Below the pieces are notes generated by a model. It was not told the DNA's origin, did not search any database, and saw only the letters and a list, made by a program, of their open reading frames with translations. The position numbers and the translations under genes are program-made. DNA of 63,919 bases, filler included, from Phoronis australis (taxonomy: Eukaryota; Animalia; Phoronida): NCBI GenBank assembly GCA_002633005.1. It is 3 parts of 3 records of this genome, joined end to end, with 100 filler letters (N's around TTAATTAATTAA, not from the genome) between each part and the next. Parts side by side here need not be neighbours in the genome. Positions count along the whole stretch, not along the records: positions 1 to 31,352 come from NMRA01001282.1; 2 more parts are not named here. The stretch is one strand, 5' to 3'. Shown one piece after another: positions 14,364-26,323 of the stretch. The stretch's first letter is position 1. Every line of letters starts with the position of its first letter.

Positions 14364-15035
14364 TAAAATTGCCACTAGGGGGCACACCGGTAGTCGGATC
14401 CGTCCAAAAGTCGTCATCTTCCGTTGTTAACATCATATAAATAAACTTACACAATTTCGTAAAAATCCTGCGAACGGTTTAGGAGATACAGCCATAGGCG
14501 AAAAAACAAAACAAAACTGCCACTAGGAGGCGCCACAGTAGTCGAAATCGTCGGAAAATCATCGTCAACCGTCCTCTACATAGTAAGCATATACATGCCA
14601 ATTTTCACAATCATCCTTTGAGCGGTTTGGTTGATAGAGGGGTTGACGCACAAAAACACACTCGAAAACACTAAAAATGGCCACTAGGTGGCGCAAACTA
14701 TGTCGAATCCATCTGAAAACGGGAGGATAGCGTCATCTCACTAATAAGTGCCTACATACGAAATTTCATGAAAATCCGTTCAGGACTTTTGAAGATACAA
14801 AGGTAAGCGTAAAAAACTAAAATTGCCACTAGGGGGCACACCGGTAGTCGGATCCGTCCGAAAGTTCGCACATGCCGTCCCATTCATGAATGGAACATAT
14901 GTGCCAAATTTCATGAACATTTGTCAAAGGGTTTTGGAGATAGAGCAGCGGACGCCGGACGCCGGACGGACGCCGCCCGTACGGACGGAGATGACGGCAT
15001 AATGCGTCCACATATAAATATGTGGGCGCATAAAA
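14364..15035 (+). mobile_element. HINE-like element: about 150-bp tandem cores, (CGGA)n tract and 3' hairpin
   Basis: Core motifs at 14372, 14520, 14681 and 14826; CGGACG/GACG microsatellite at about 14948-14990; hairpin ATGCGTCCACAT-ataaat-ATGTGGGCGCAT at 15002-15031 followed by an A run. This matches DINE-1/HINE architecture. The 5' end is lost in the gap. Confidence 0.7.
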
Positions 15036-16265
15036 ATTCATTTATATTAATATTTCTTTAACATCAGTTTATTGTTTCTTTTGTCATTGTTAATAATAAT
15101 AACAGCCTCAATTTATCTAGGTCATGTAACTAAGTCAAGACAGAAACCAAAATTCATTCCATGATTCAAATATCAATCACAGGTCAACTGTTCTAGTACT
15201 TTCACTCAGAACTGGGGCTATGATAAATCAAGAATAACACTTCATGACTGTGAGATGAGTTTACTTATTCTTTCAAAGTTCATATGAAGTGTTTGGTAAA
15301 TTATCTGTAAAGTGCCTCCAAACTGATACAGCTCGGAAGGGGATGACCACTGCTTTCAGTGATTGCCTGGTTCTCGACTCAAAATCAGGAACCACTGCAT
15401 GTATTCCAATAGTGACAACCCTCTGCACTGGGCAAGGCAATGCCATGCTTGGGGATCATGTACTCTTTAAGCCATGAACCGCCAATTGGCACAGTAGGCC
15501 TACTGACCTTAGCAATAACATCGAACGTCCAAATAAAATGAAAAATGAATCAACTAGGTGCACAGACCAACGCAGCTAGTTTTGACGAGGACTACAAGAG
15601 ACTCGTGTGAACTTCCCACCGCCGTTAAAACTTGCCAGCAACTCTAAATGTTATGTTATGCTGCCATCATTGATCGAGCTGTTACGCAACAGTTTGCTTC
15701 ATGAACTTCATTCAGTGCAGAATGCATCGTCGCCGTCGGGTGGTAGGTAACGGAGCCCGGAGGATTGCGTGTGGGTCGTGAAAATGGAATGGTTGCGCAT
15801 TCCAGTAAAAACTATCGAACACAGTGATACAGAAGGTAAGCCCATCCACGCTACTTGTGCAGTAGTGCAGAAATCGTGAAGGTTTGTGTATCAGGTCAGT
15901 AAGTACAGAATCTTACCTGAGATTGGGGTTCAAAATCCTCTCGTTCACTGACCGAAGTTCGTGATATTTTCTCTAGTGTCAAAACGAGACCGCCGAAAGG
16001 GAGCAGTCCATAACACATTCTACGTGGCGCACAATCAACCAAAGGGGAGATCGTTAATTCGTAGCTCAACCCAGCTTTACTAAAGCTATCAAGCTATACT
16101 AGTTTCAGATACTGTGTATCCAAAATATATTAGCTGAAGTCCTTATGTGTTAATAAGAGATATGCTTTGCCATTTCGAAAAGCGGTACACCACTTTCTGA
16201 AACCTTGTCACCCTATGATTGCTTGTGGACTCGCCTCTTAGGCAGTGGGTAGCTGAAAGTCAAAA

Positions 16266-16364
16266 ATGGCGCGTGAGGTTTCCCTCGTCGCGTTAGTTTT
16301 GCAGGTTTATGTGCTTGTCTTATGTAATGCTGCTGCTCCTAGTACTTTGCGTCAAGTTAATATC
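16266..16364 (+). CDS. ACP2: Histidine acid phosphatase (lysosomal/prostatic type), coding exon 1, signal peptide
   Basis: aaaATGG start; translates MAREVSLVALVLQVYVLVLCNAAAPSTLRQVNI (hydrophobic leader); phase-0 donor ATC|GTAAGT; splices in frame to the RHGDRSP exon. ACP2 versus ACPP orthology not resolved. Confidence 0.85.
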
Positions 16365-16874
16365 GTAAGTAAACACTAAGTATATACGAGAGCTCTCAAA
16401 TTGGCGTACTTTTGATGACTATTTGTGCCCAGTCTTGTCTTGCGTACAAAACGGCGTAGGTACTTGTGTACCGAGGTAGACATCGCTTTACCAGGCAAAG
16501 TGCTGGGTGGCATTGTTTGTCAACAATACATGTGTGTGTGGCGCTGTGGACCCTGGAGACTCTGGCAAATAGCGTGTGAATGGCGAACACAGCGCTAGGC
16601 GACGGCGCCGTAGCCTGGTAGCACAGGCGTCCACAGGAGGCTAAATTTTGTTCATTGGGGGCAATTTTGTTTTCGTTTTTGATATGGTAAACCAATGCGT
16701 TTTATAAAAAGGCAATTCCATTTGTAACGGACGTACAACCAGAAAACGTTTTTATCAGTTGTGAAAAAATGTTCATCCTAAGAAAAAATACATCAAAATT
16801 GATAGGTCTACGGTGGCCTGAAAGTATCATCGCTTCTTTTGTTTAAATATTTTTTCATTTTTCATTTTCCACCT

Positions 16875-17311
16875 AGGTGGAAATATTTCAACCTAGGTGG
16901 AAACTATTTTCACCTGGTTGGAAACTATTTTCACCTGGGTGGAAACTATTTTCACCCGGGTGGAAACTATTTTCACCCGGGTGGAAACTATTTTCACCTG
17001 GGTGGAAACTATTTCAACCTAGGTGGAAATTATTTCAACCTAGGTGGAAATTATTTTCACCCGGGTGGAAATTATTTCAACCTAGGTGGAAATTATTTTC
17101 ACCCAGGTGGAAACTATTTCAACCTAGGTGGAAATTATTTTCACCCGGGTGGAAACTATTTCAACCTAGGTGGAAATTATTTTCACCCGGATGGAAACTA
17201 TTTCAACCTAGGTGGAAATTATTTCAACCTAGGTGGAAATTATTTTCACTCGGGTGGAAACTATTTCAACCTAGGTGGAAATTATTTTCACCCGGGTGGA
17301 AATTATTTTCA
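16875..17311 (+). repeat. 21-bp minisatellite, left arm (about 21 units)
   Basis: Two variants, GGTGGAAAYTATTTTCACCCG and GGTGGAAAYTATTTCAACCTA. Confidence 0.95.
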
Positions 17312-17959
17312 TGCTTGTACGTCGTTTGGTTAACGTGGCGTCATCTACTTGCGCTAGGGACAAGTCAGGTGTCAAGCCATAGCTGCACACCCTTTTGTAG
17401 CACTCTAAAAACAATGCTCTTTGTTTTGTTTATTCATGTCAATCGGTTAGATCATTCTGCCACCACATGTTTGCAGACATATGTGTTAAAGTGTTAGCAT
17501 ATACTGGACAATCTGTGCAAGGAATTTGTATCCTCTTGTGAATCCATAAGATGTGATTCACCTTACATCTTTTACCATTTGTGGGATATTTATAATACTA
17601 TCTATGCCTTTTGTTGCTAGTTGTGTAATTTTAAGTCTTTGAAACCTGTCAGCACGGGAAGGGTGAGGCTTTTGGACAACAACAATAATCTGTCATTTAT
17701 TTATCGGAAATTTCTCAACATTCTACGCCATACACTATATTTGTTAATGGCTTGGGTTCGTTGCTGAAATCCGGCAACTTTATTCAGAGACATGTTTTGG
17801 AACTAGGAGTAATACGTAATCACACTATCTCTGTTAAAGTCCGTGGCAAATCCAAGAGGCAGATAAGACGCCGACATAGCAACCTAATCTGAACTTTGTT
17901 GAACAAAATGGCTGGCCCAATCGGCCTTCACCTACAAGACTTCATCCAATCACAACACA

Positions 17960-18360
17960 GATGAAAATAGGTGCCCGGATGTATAACATTTTCACCCAGG
18001 TGAAAATAATTTCCACCTAGGTTGAAATATTTTCCACCCAGGTGAAAATAATTTCCACCTAGGTTGAAATAGTTTCCACCCGGGTGAAAATAATTTCCAC
18101 CTAGGTTAAAATAATTTCCACCCGGGTGAAAATAATTTCCACCTATGTTGAAATAATTTCCACCTAGGTTGAAATAGTTTCCACCCGGGTGAAAATAATT
18201 TCCACCTAGGTTGAAAGTTTCCACCCGGGTGTAAATAATTTCCACCTAGGTTGAAATAGTTTCCACCTGGGTGAAAATAATTTCCACCTAGGTTGAAATA
18301 ATTTCCACCCGGGTGAAAATAGTTCCTACCTAGGTTGAATTATTTCTACCTAGGTGGAAA
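17960..18360 (-). repeat. 21-bp minisatellite, right arm (about 19 units, inverted)
   Basis: Reverse complement of the left-arm unit. Confidence 0.95.
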
Positions 18361-18639
18361 ATGAAAAAATGAAAAATAATTAAACTAAAGTAGCGATGAT
18401 ACTTTCGGGCCACCGTATAGGTCTCATTGATAGCTTTCAAAGCTTGTATCAACTTTTCTCCTATCTTTTTATCTGACTGAGAAAATTGCCTTTAAAAGGG
18501 TGTGACAGTCGTACGCAGAGAATTTGAATTTTAAAAAAATTAATGTTAATATTCTGTGAGTTATATTTATTTACATTTTTTATATAAGGATTTAGTTGAA
18601 TGTTAGCAAATTACAGCACACTAATTTTTTGATGATATG

Positions 18640-19961
18640 TGTAACGGGAATCGACTGTTCGTAGCCGATAAAAATATTTGCAGCGTTGTGTACTTTTTCA
18701 CTCGTTCGAATCGCATACGAGAGAACCATGGTGACAACTTATAGAGAGTGAAACAAGAGAGAAGTAGATAAATATACTGAATTTTATTATGCGATATATA
18801 CGAAACACAGATCTACAAACTTACAACTCATCGCTAACTTCCGTCGACATCGCAGCTTTAACTTTTAGCCCAAAGAATTTATAAACAAGAAGAATTCGCT
18901 AAAAACGTCAAAGTCCAGATTTAGAAGGCCCAAACAGTTAGTTTGCTTGGCTGAGATTCCGGCACTAGTCGGATATAATGGACCCTAACTTATTCCAAAT
19001 ATATCCACTACATGTAGGTCTAAATGAATGATTTTGGTATCGTTGCATTCCTCAGAAATCTGGCTATTCGTACAAATCATTTTCATGACCCTCAATTACT
19101 CTAGTCTATAACTACGCCATTCTGAACTTGGTGCACTTTAGCGTTAGCCAAGCGCATTGTGAAATCGGCAGCCTATTTCAGGGAACTTACTATATCTAGC
19201 GCCATCTATCAGCGATTTGCTACAACACGCGCTTTTCCTTTTTCATCAGTCAACATGGACGACGATAACATGACGATGACAGATACGATCGTGTGAGAGA
19301 CGACGAAGGTGATGACGAGAGCAGATGATTAATAACGACTGACGTTAATAATATTGACGAAATCGACCAATGACGTTGACTAATGAAAAAGGAACAGCGC
19401 ATGTTGTAGCAAATCGCCGATAGATGTCGCTAGATACAGTAAGTTCCCTGAAATGGCTGCCGATTTCACGATGCGCGTGGCTAAAGTGGACCGAGTTCGG
19501 AACAGCGTAGCTATAGACTAGAGTAATTGAGGGTCGTGAAAATGATTTGTACGAATAGCCAGATGTCTGAGGAATGCAACGATACCAAAATCATTCATTT
19601 AGACCTACATTTAGTGGATTTATTTGAAATAAGTTAGGGTCCATTATATCCGACTAGTGCCGAGATTCCTTGCGGATAGAGTCGAGACCCGGCAGAATCC
19701 CCAGTTTTAGCGAGAGGGGCCCATTTTTATAGGCGTATTCGCACCGCGAATGTTCCAAATTACGCTAAAATAGGGGTCTCAAGATAAATGTGAAAACCAA
19801 TCAGAATAGAACTAAAAATTTCGTCATCGGAAGTCCCATATAAGGAATTGACCATCTTACAACCCTTTAAAATGTAATAACACACTCTCAGTAGATTCTG
19901 AAACTAAACTGACGACTCGTCCTCACTCACGGCTCCACCAATAGACGGCGCTCCCGTCACA
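18640..19961 (-). mobile_element. Solo LTR (Gypsy/BEL type) interrupted by a MITE
   Basis: Ends TGTAACGGGA ... TCCCGTCACA, 5-bp TSD ATATG (18635-18639 and 19962-19966); on the minus strand a TATAAAA near 19725-19731 and an AATAAA near 18783-18788; 613 bp once the MITE and its TSD are removed. Confidence 0.8.
18961..19661. mobile_element. Merlin-like palindromic MITE
   Basis: About 290-bp near-perfect inverted arms starting GGCACTAGTCGG; exact 8-bp TSD GAGATTCC; GG termini with an 8-bp TSD fit the Merlin superfamily. Confidence 0.85.
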
Positions 19962-20727
19962 ATATGTTCTAAGAAATTTTTGTGAGACAGCTCGACTTAA
20001 GTTGAGTGAGTTTGACGGATGTACGTGATGAATGTACGCTCTGAATTTCTAGTATTAAATTGTATTTTGCGACTAAGATATCAATTCAGAATGGTTCAAA
20101 CTTTTGCAGTATTCATGCTATGTTGGTCTTTTGCTATGGATTCAATGTTTTTAATCAAAATGTACTGATTGACCTTTTGCACAAAATCACTGGTTAGTCT
20201 GTGCTGTGAATGTACTCTAAAAAATTTTAACTTTTCAATACATTTGATTCAAGATAGAAAACAACCCCCTAAAATCCTCACTTTCCTTCAAAGATGGTAA
20301 GCAATATAGATTGGAATGAGAGTGATAATCATTTTATAGTTGACACCTGTTGGTTATCAGAAAAAAACTGTTGTTATGCGTTAAGTAAAATACTAATTCG
20401 AAACTAATGAGTTAATTTGACTGTCAAAATATAAAATGTGAAATGAAGTTTACAACATTACTAACCTTCACTGTAATAAGAACGCATTTTAATTATTTGT
20501 TTTTTTTAAATTAGATCTCACCCTAAGGTTGTACAAACCTATTCTCTGGGCCATATCGTTGATGGTTCTGATGCATGCCCATGCAAATAATAAAGGTGAT
20601 GTTTTAAAACTATTAGTAACAGGACTTCAGTATCATCTTGGTTTAGTTGACAGCATAGACATATGGCATTCATATTTGCGACCTGAAATTTGGAAATGCA
20701 AGCTGAGATTTTTGTCAGCCCGTATTA

Positions 20728-20831
20728 CCGTAATCGTTTGGGTTAACGCGCTGGGCGGTTAAATTGGCGAATCCAAAAAAATCGGGGATGGGCGGTTAAC
20801 TGAGCATGGGCGTTAACCCGAACGATTACGG
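20728..20831. mobile_element. 104-bp Tc1/mariner-type MITE
   Basis: TA|CCGTAATCGTTTGGGTTAACGC ... GCGTTAACCCGAACGATTACGG|TA, inserted in the hAT copy. Confidence 0.8.
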
Positions 20832-20922
20832 TAAGTCGCAAAATGCAACCTGGAATTTCCAACATATGCGAGCTGAGTTTCTACACTTCTGGGCCAATGC
20901 CTGGCAAATATAAAACAACTAT

Positions 20923-23672
20923 AGGCCTTTCTCAAAATTTATGCACGACTCACATTCCAATCCCAGAAGGAGGCTAGTACTGACCAGTCTACAGGAAGCT
21001 GTCTGTTTACAGTGAATCTCTACATAAACAATTGCACACTGCTGTGTCTCTTGCTGCACAAATAACTAAAGAATAAACAAAGTAATGTCATTTCATCAAT
21101 ATCTTACTGACTAAGAGTTNAATGAACTCCAAACAAAACTGTAGAAAAACATCTTTGAAAACTGGGGATTCGTCACTCTCCACAATCTTTGTCTTTCTCT
21201 TTTTTATAGCATGATAGGCCTTTCTCAAAATTTATGCACGACTCACATTCCAATCCCAGAAGGAGGCTAGTACTGACCAGTCTACAGGAAGCTGTCTGTT
21301 TACAGTGAATTTCTACATAAACAACTGCACACTGCTGTGTCTCTTGCTGCACAAATAGCCAAAGAATAAACAAAGTAATGTCATTTCATCAATATCTTAC
21401 TGACTAAGAGTTAATAAGAAAGTGGCTAGTGAAGATTTGCAGATACAATGGGCCAACTTTGCAAGTAAATTATGACACAATCTGATATCTTCTCTTAGTC
21501 GCCTTACTCTTTAGTGTATCACCAGTGGCCGTGATGCTTGAATGGCTAGTAACTTTCAAGCACATCATTTTCTAGTAGCACTTTGAACTTCTCCAAAGTA
21601 AAACTTTATTATAAATGAATTATTTCTGGAATTTAAAGAAAATGACAAACTTTGAATGTTCTACAAACTCAGTCTCAAAACCGAGACTTAATTCAGAGAG
21701 ACTGCTTGTGTTGTCAGGCTGGACTAAAGACAGTCGTATAGATTTGTATATATTACAGAAAACTGCAGGTGACACACATACCCTCTCAAGTTCATGAATG
21801 AACCATTTCACAGTAAAACAAGCAGTCATGTAATGATGCAAACACTGGTGTAACCCCTGACTTTCATAATTTTTACACACTAAAAACCGTTTTGAATCTG
21901 AAAAGTTCAATTTCATGCACCACGTAGATATTCTTTTAGTACACGATTGTATATATATGAATAGTATGTAACCACTTGCTGTATTGGAAGTTATACCGTG
22001 GTATATTAGCCGAGTTGGCAGACCTGGGTGTATTAATTATAGTACCCTTGATGATTTTTTCGCTTTTCTGTAGCTTTAGGATTGCTGGAGAAAAATTTGT
22101 CAGAACGTTTCAATTGCTCAGTAGCAACAGAAAGTAGGAAAATATTGTCCTGGGCAAATCTGCAGCCAAACTCACTGGAGAATGGTGACAAACTCAAAAA
22201 GTTCTTCACAGCCTTTAAAACCCTTGTTGGATATAGCTTCTCGTGGCTCAGTGACATGTGGATCGTCACTCAGTGGACAGGCTCAGAATATCAGATGTAG
22301 CTATACTAAACTGACTTATTAGAACAGGGGGGCAGTGTGATGGCTGATAAAATATTTTAATTAATAAGATACTCAGTGATAAGGGTTCAAAACTGAAAAT
22401 CACTCCATTTCAGAGGAAACAAGAAAAAGGTAACAAATAGCCAGTTTGAGAATACATGAAGATAGTCATTAGGCATATCAAGGGCAATTAATCACTTGTG
22501 TATACACTTCAAATTCCTTGAACAATACTGGCTCAGTAAATCAATTGTGGACAGATGCATGTTTTAAGCAAACTTCGGAGGCCCTATTGTGAATGAATGA
22601 TACCATACGTATGGTTTTGCAACAAATGACAAGACTTATCCAGTGTAATATTACTCTGTCAATTTATTTTTATCACCATATTAGAACGTACATTTGGCTC
22701 ATAACAGTGACTACACCTCTTGATGGCCATGTTAGTTTGCAACTAGAATACTTAGGTCAGGGCCAGTGACAACATCACTGTCAAATATGTCCAAGTCTGT
22801 TTCCAGAGTAATCAAGCAAGAGATCATAGAAATTGAAGAAAAAAATAACCCACCTTGTGCTTCAAGTGTTAAATTATATTAATGTCTTAGTTTACGGTTC
22901 TTAAACTATCCAGATATAAAGAACAACACGAGACCACTGTGGATTGGTTGAAAACACGAGTAAGTAAGTGAAACACCATGTTCAATCCATGTTCCAAACA
23001 ATTGAATCGATGACAGACAAAATAATCTAATGACTTTACAAATAAAACTGACTCCACTAAATGTTTTAACCATAATTAAGGCAGTAGTCTTACCACTCGT
23101 TGTTATTTTTGAATTCTTCTTGGGAAACAAAAAATCCAATGAAATAGACTATGTAGAGTTACTATGCCTGACCAGCTGACAGCTCAACAACAAGTGAAGA
23201 ATGTTTTTGTAGCCTGCAAAAGTGTTCACTTCTCACTGAAGTTAGGTAACTTTCACTGGAGTACTTGTGCCCTTTGGACAGATAATTCTTGCCAGATGAC
23301 TATGAAGACTTTTTAAAATAAGATTCCACAAAGCTAAATGTAACATGTATGTTTGGAACAAGTGTAAGGTCACCGTCGATCAGCCAGCACAGAGAAGGCT
23401 GCATGAAGTAGTTTATCAGTATAAGCCTCGCTTTGGATTTCCTCTTAATATTCATGAGGTAATATTAAGAAAGGTCTATGATCTGTGGTACTTGGCTTCT
23501 AAGACACAAGGTCTTTATCTTTGAATTTCATTTGCATATTCAGGGCTCTGGACTNAGTTTAAGGTCACCGTCGATCAGCCAGCACAGAGGAGGCTGCATG
23601 AAGTAGTTTATCAGTATAAGCCTCGCTTTGGCTTTCCTCTTAATATTCATGAGGTAATATTAAGAAAGGTCT
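20923..23672 (+). mobile_element. ISL2EU-like DNA transposon with decayed transposase
   Basis: AT|AGGCCTTTCT ... AGAAAGGTCT|AT ends; relic peptides LGLLEKNLSERFNCSVATESRKILSWAN (HTH-like, about 22075), VMADK (about 22340) and IASLRIH (about 22440), typical of Harbinger/ISL2EU DDE transposases. Confidence 0.7.
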
Positions 23673-24515
23673 ATGGTTAATCCGATCGTTATTTGGTTGT
23701 TAACAAATCCAAGTTCTAAAGACCACTAACCAGAACAGCCCTCCCGATGACTTGCAAGCAAGTCGCGTGAGCATGGGATATGCAGAATCGATATTTGACA
23801 TGTTTCATTGGCTAACATTTTCGGCCACTTTTGCAAATTTCTGGATTCGCCGAAGAAAGTTTCGGGCAACTGCATAACATGTGATAAAATGTCACAAAAC
23901 AGCAGTGTTTCTACTAATTCTTAAGCGATCAACTTACTTAACTTTGTGGTGGGCAAATGTGCTAAGCCTTATTTTTCGCGTAAGATGTCCTTATTACATG
24001 TACCAAATATCCATGACGATATACTTGATATCGATTTTCATGCTTCAAAAACTAAACATGATCAGCATTTGACGAGAAATTCGGAAATGCTATTGGTTTG
24101 TGTTCAAATATGTTATAAGTTTAAACTTAACTCTTATTTTTAACATAGCAGCCCAGTCAGGCTAGATATGATCTTATCATCAGAGATTAGAGCAATTATG
24201 GAAGGAAAGAGAGCTAACCCTTCTACCATGCCACAATGGAGTTAATCAGTTGTGTAAGATATTGGCTACAGGGGTCATCTTCCCAACTTGTTGAGCTATA
24301 CAATCCAACAAGTTGGGGGAAAAAGGCAGTAATGTTTGCCAAGAGTCTTTTAATGGTAGATACCCAAGTTGACACCGGCATAGGCATTTGCCTCTTGTTA
24401 GAGTGCTGTCTGGTTTGCATGTATGTGTAAGGTCATAATTTGTCATTTAAGTCCTATGTTGTTTATTGCTCTTTGCTCCGTTTTGTTTAATAATGTGTTG
24501 TGCTTTGGTTTGTAG

Positions 24516-24611
24516 TTGTACCGTCATGGAGACCGTTCTCCTACCAACTTATACCCAACGGACCCTAACCAGGTGGACGCATGGCCAGATGGTTTGGGAC
24601 AGCTGTCTCAG
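24516..24611 (+). CDS. ACP2: Histidine acid phosphatase coding exon 2 (catalytic RHGxRxP)
   Basis: Acceptor tttgtag|, donor CAG|GTAC; [32 protein letters not shown] contains the RHGxRxP signature and the WPxGxGQL motif. Confidence 0.95.
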
Positions 24612-26019
24612 GTACAAAGGGGGAAGGGACAAGGCAGACAGAGTGAATGTTTAACAAACCAGAAACTTATGTAATACTTTGTGGAAAACCAGACTACTTG
24701 TTTATTCGTTTTATTTCCAAAACTTCAATATGTTATCTGATAAATACAAACTTGGAGTAAAATGGGACTCGCTTTTGAAGTTTGAAATGTATTCATTTAC
24801 ACATGTCTCCTCATAACAGTCTTGCTTATCGCTAGTTCCATGGTTTGCCTGCATACATAACCTAGCTTAGACCAAGCTTTGTTACAATGGTATCAGTCTT
24901 GAGCTTAACGACCTTTAGACACTTTGCCTGTGAGCTGATTATGCCATGTTAACATGACACAGTGACCTTGATATAGTATTTATGTATTTCAAGTAGTTTC
25001 ATTTCCTTGCAAAACAATCCCATGTGGTTGCTGCTAAGTCAAAAGGGAACAAGAATTTAAACATTGCAGATCAACAAAAAACAAGACAAAGTGTGCTCTG
25101 GGGTTTTTGTATGCAGCTTTCTGTAGACGTAAGACACTTGCTATATTGTAGCGTGTCCGCTTGTAATGCATGGCATTATCTCGCAAAGACTAATGTGTGA
25201 TCGTGCGTTTTAACGAGGCTCTTTTGTGTACGGAACGCAGTCCTGGTACATTGCTGCTTTACACAGTTTTTGCTATTCGTTGGAGCTTAATGGTACATGA
25301 CACATGCCTGTTGAGCTTCCAGTACAGTCTTTAACAAAACACTCGAGTGCATGACCATGGCCAAATGCATGGGCACTCATTTAAAGGGGAAATTCAACAT
25401 CTTTGATGGTTTCTTTTATAAAAATGTAAAAGTTTAGTCACGTATCTTAGGTGGAGACAGGTGGTTTATTTCTTTACTCCTTGCCCCATGCTTGCAGCAA
25501 TGGTGAGGTGACTGAGCCCAAGAGTGATTCTACCTTGTCTAATTGCTAACACAGTGAGTGATACATGATCTAGTCTGGGATCTACATGCTATGAACATTC
25601 CCACTAAATAAAATTGGTTCTAACCCCGGTGTTTAAGGTAAACGGCGGGGTATGGAAAATTGAACTAGACCGTATTTATCCACCTTGGCTGAGACGCGCT
25701 CGGCTCATGCTCAAAGGGATGCCGCCAAGCTGCTCTATTCATCGAGTCACGAGCGAGGATAATTGACTTCGCTCATGCGGATATGATCAGCTGATTACAG
25801 TCTAGCCTAACAACTGTACTTTTTATGGAGAGAATTTTACGTAGTTTTTACTGTAATATTTGAAAAGAGGAGCGAAAACAAATACGAATACAACTTTGAA
25901 TTTTTCAAATCGGCCCAGGATAAGAGATTTTGCAACACAGAAACACTCACGATTACTTTCATTCGGCGCGCACGAATACAAAAATATAGGACCCAAGTTA
26001 GGATTGTATAAATGTAGAA

Positions 26020-26323
26020 NNNNNNNNNNNNNNNNNNNNNNNNNNNNNNNNNNNNNNNNNNNNNNNNNNNNNNNNNNNNNNNNNNNNNNNNNNNNNNNNN
26101 NNNNNNNNNNNNNNNNNNNNNNNNNNNNNNNNNNNNNNNNNNNNNNNNNNNNNNNNNNNNNNNNNNNNNNNNNNNNNNNNNNNNNNNNNNNNNNNNNNNN
26201 NNNNNNNNNNNNNNNNNNNNNNNNNNNNNNNNNNNNNNNNNNNNNNNNNNNNNNNNNNNNNNNNNNNNNNNNNNNNNNNNNNNNNNNNNNNNNNNNNNNN
26301 NNNNNNNNNNNNNNNNNNNNNNN
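26020..26323. other. Assembly gap (N run)
   Basis: Run of N inside intron 2 of the phosphatase gene. Confidence 0.99.

Larger units (their letters stand above)
16809..18417. mobile_element. IS3EU-like non-autonomous foldback transposon with 21-bp tandem-repeat arms
   Basis: Termini TACGGTGGCC ... GGCCACCGTA; TAGGTC duplicated on both sides (an 8-bp ATAGGTCT reading is also possible); arms of about 450-500 bp are mutual inverted repeats; about 650-bp spacer. Confidence 0.8.
20670..24020 (-). mobile_element. Second, inverted, partial copy of the hAT-like element, split by two insertions
   Basis: 20670-20920 and 23675-24020 are the reverse complement of about 5140-5620 and join colinearly when the insertions are removed. 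Confidence 0.75.

Noticed and set aside
13932-14454. Long ORFs across N gaps (also 25823-26474)
   Set aside because: Their length comes from untranslatable N runs.
16839-18245. ORFs encoding (GGNYFHP/NL)n and (WKLFSPG/QPR)n repeat proteins, or a CRISPR-like array
   Set aside because: They are stop-free translations of a 21-bp minisatellite inside transposon arms within an intron. There are no unique spacers and no cas genes.
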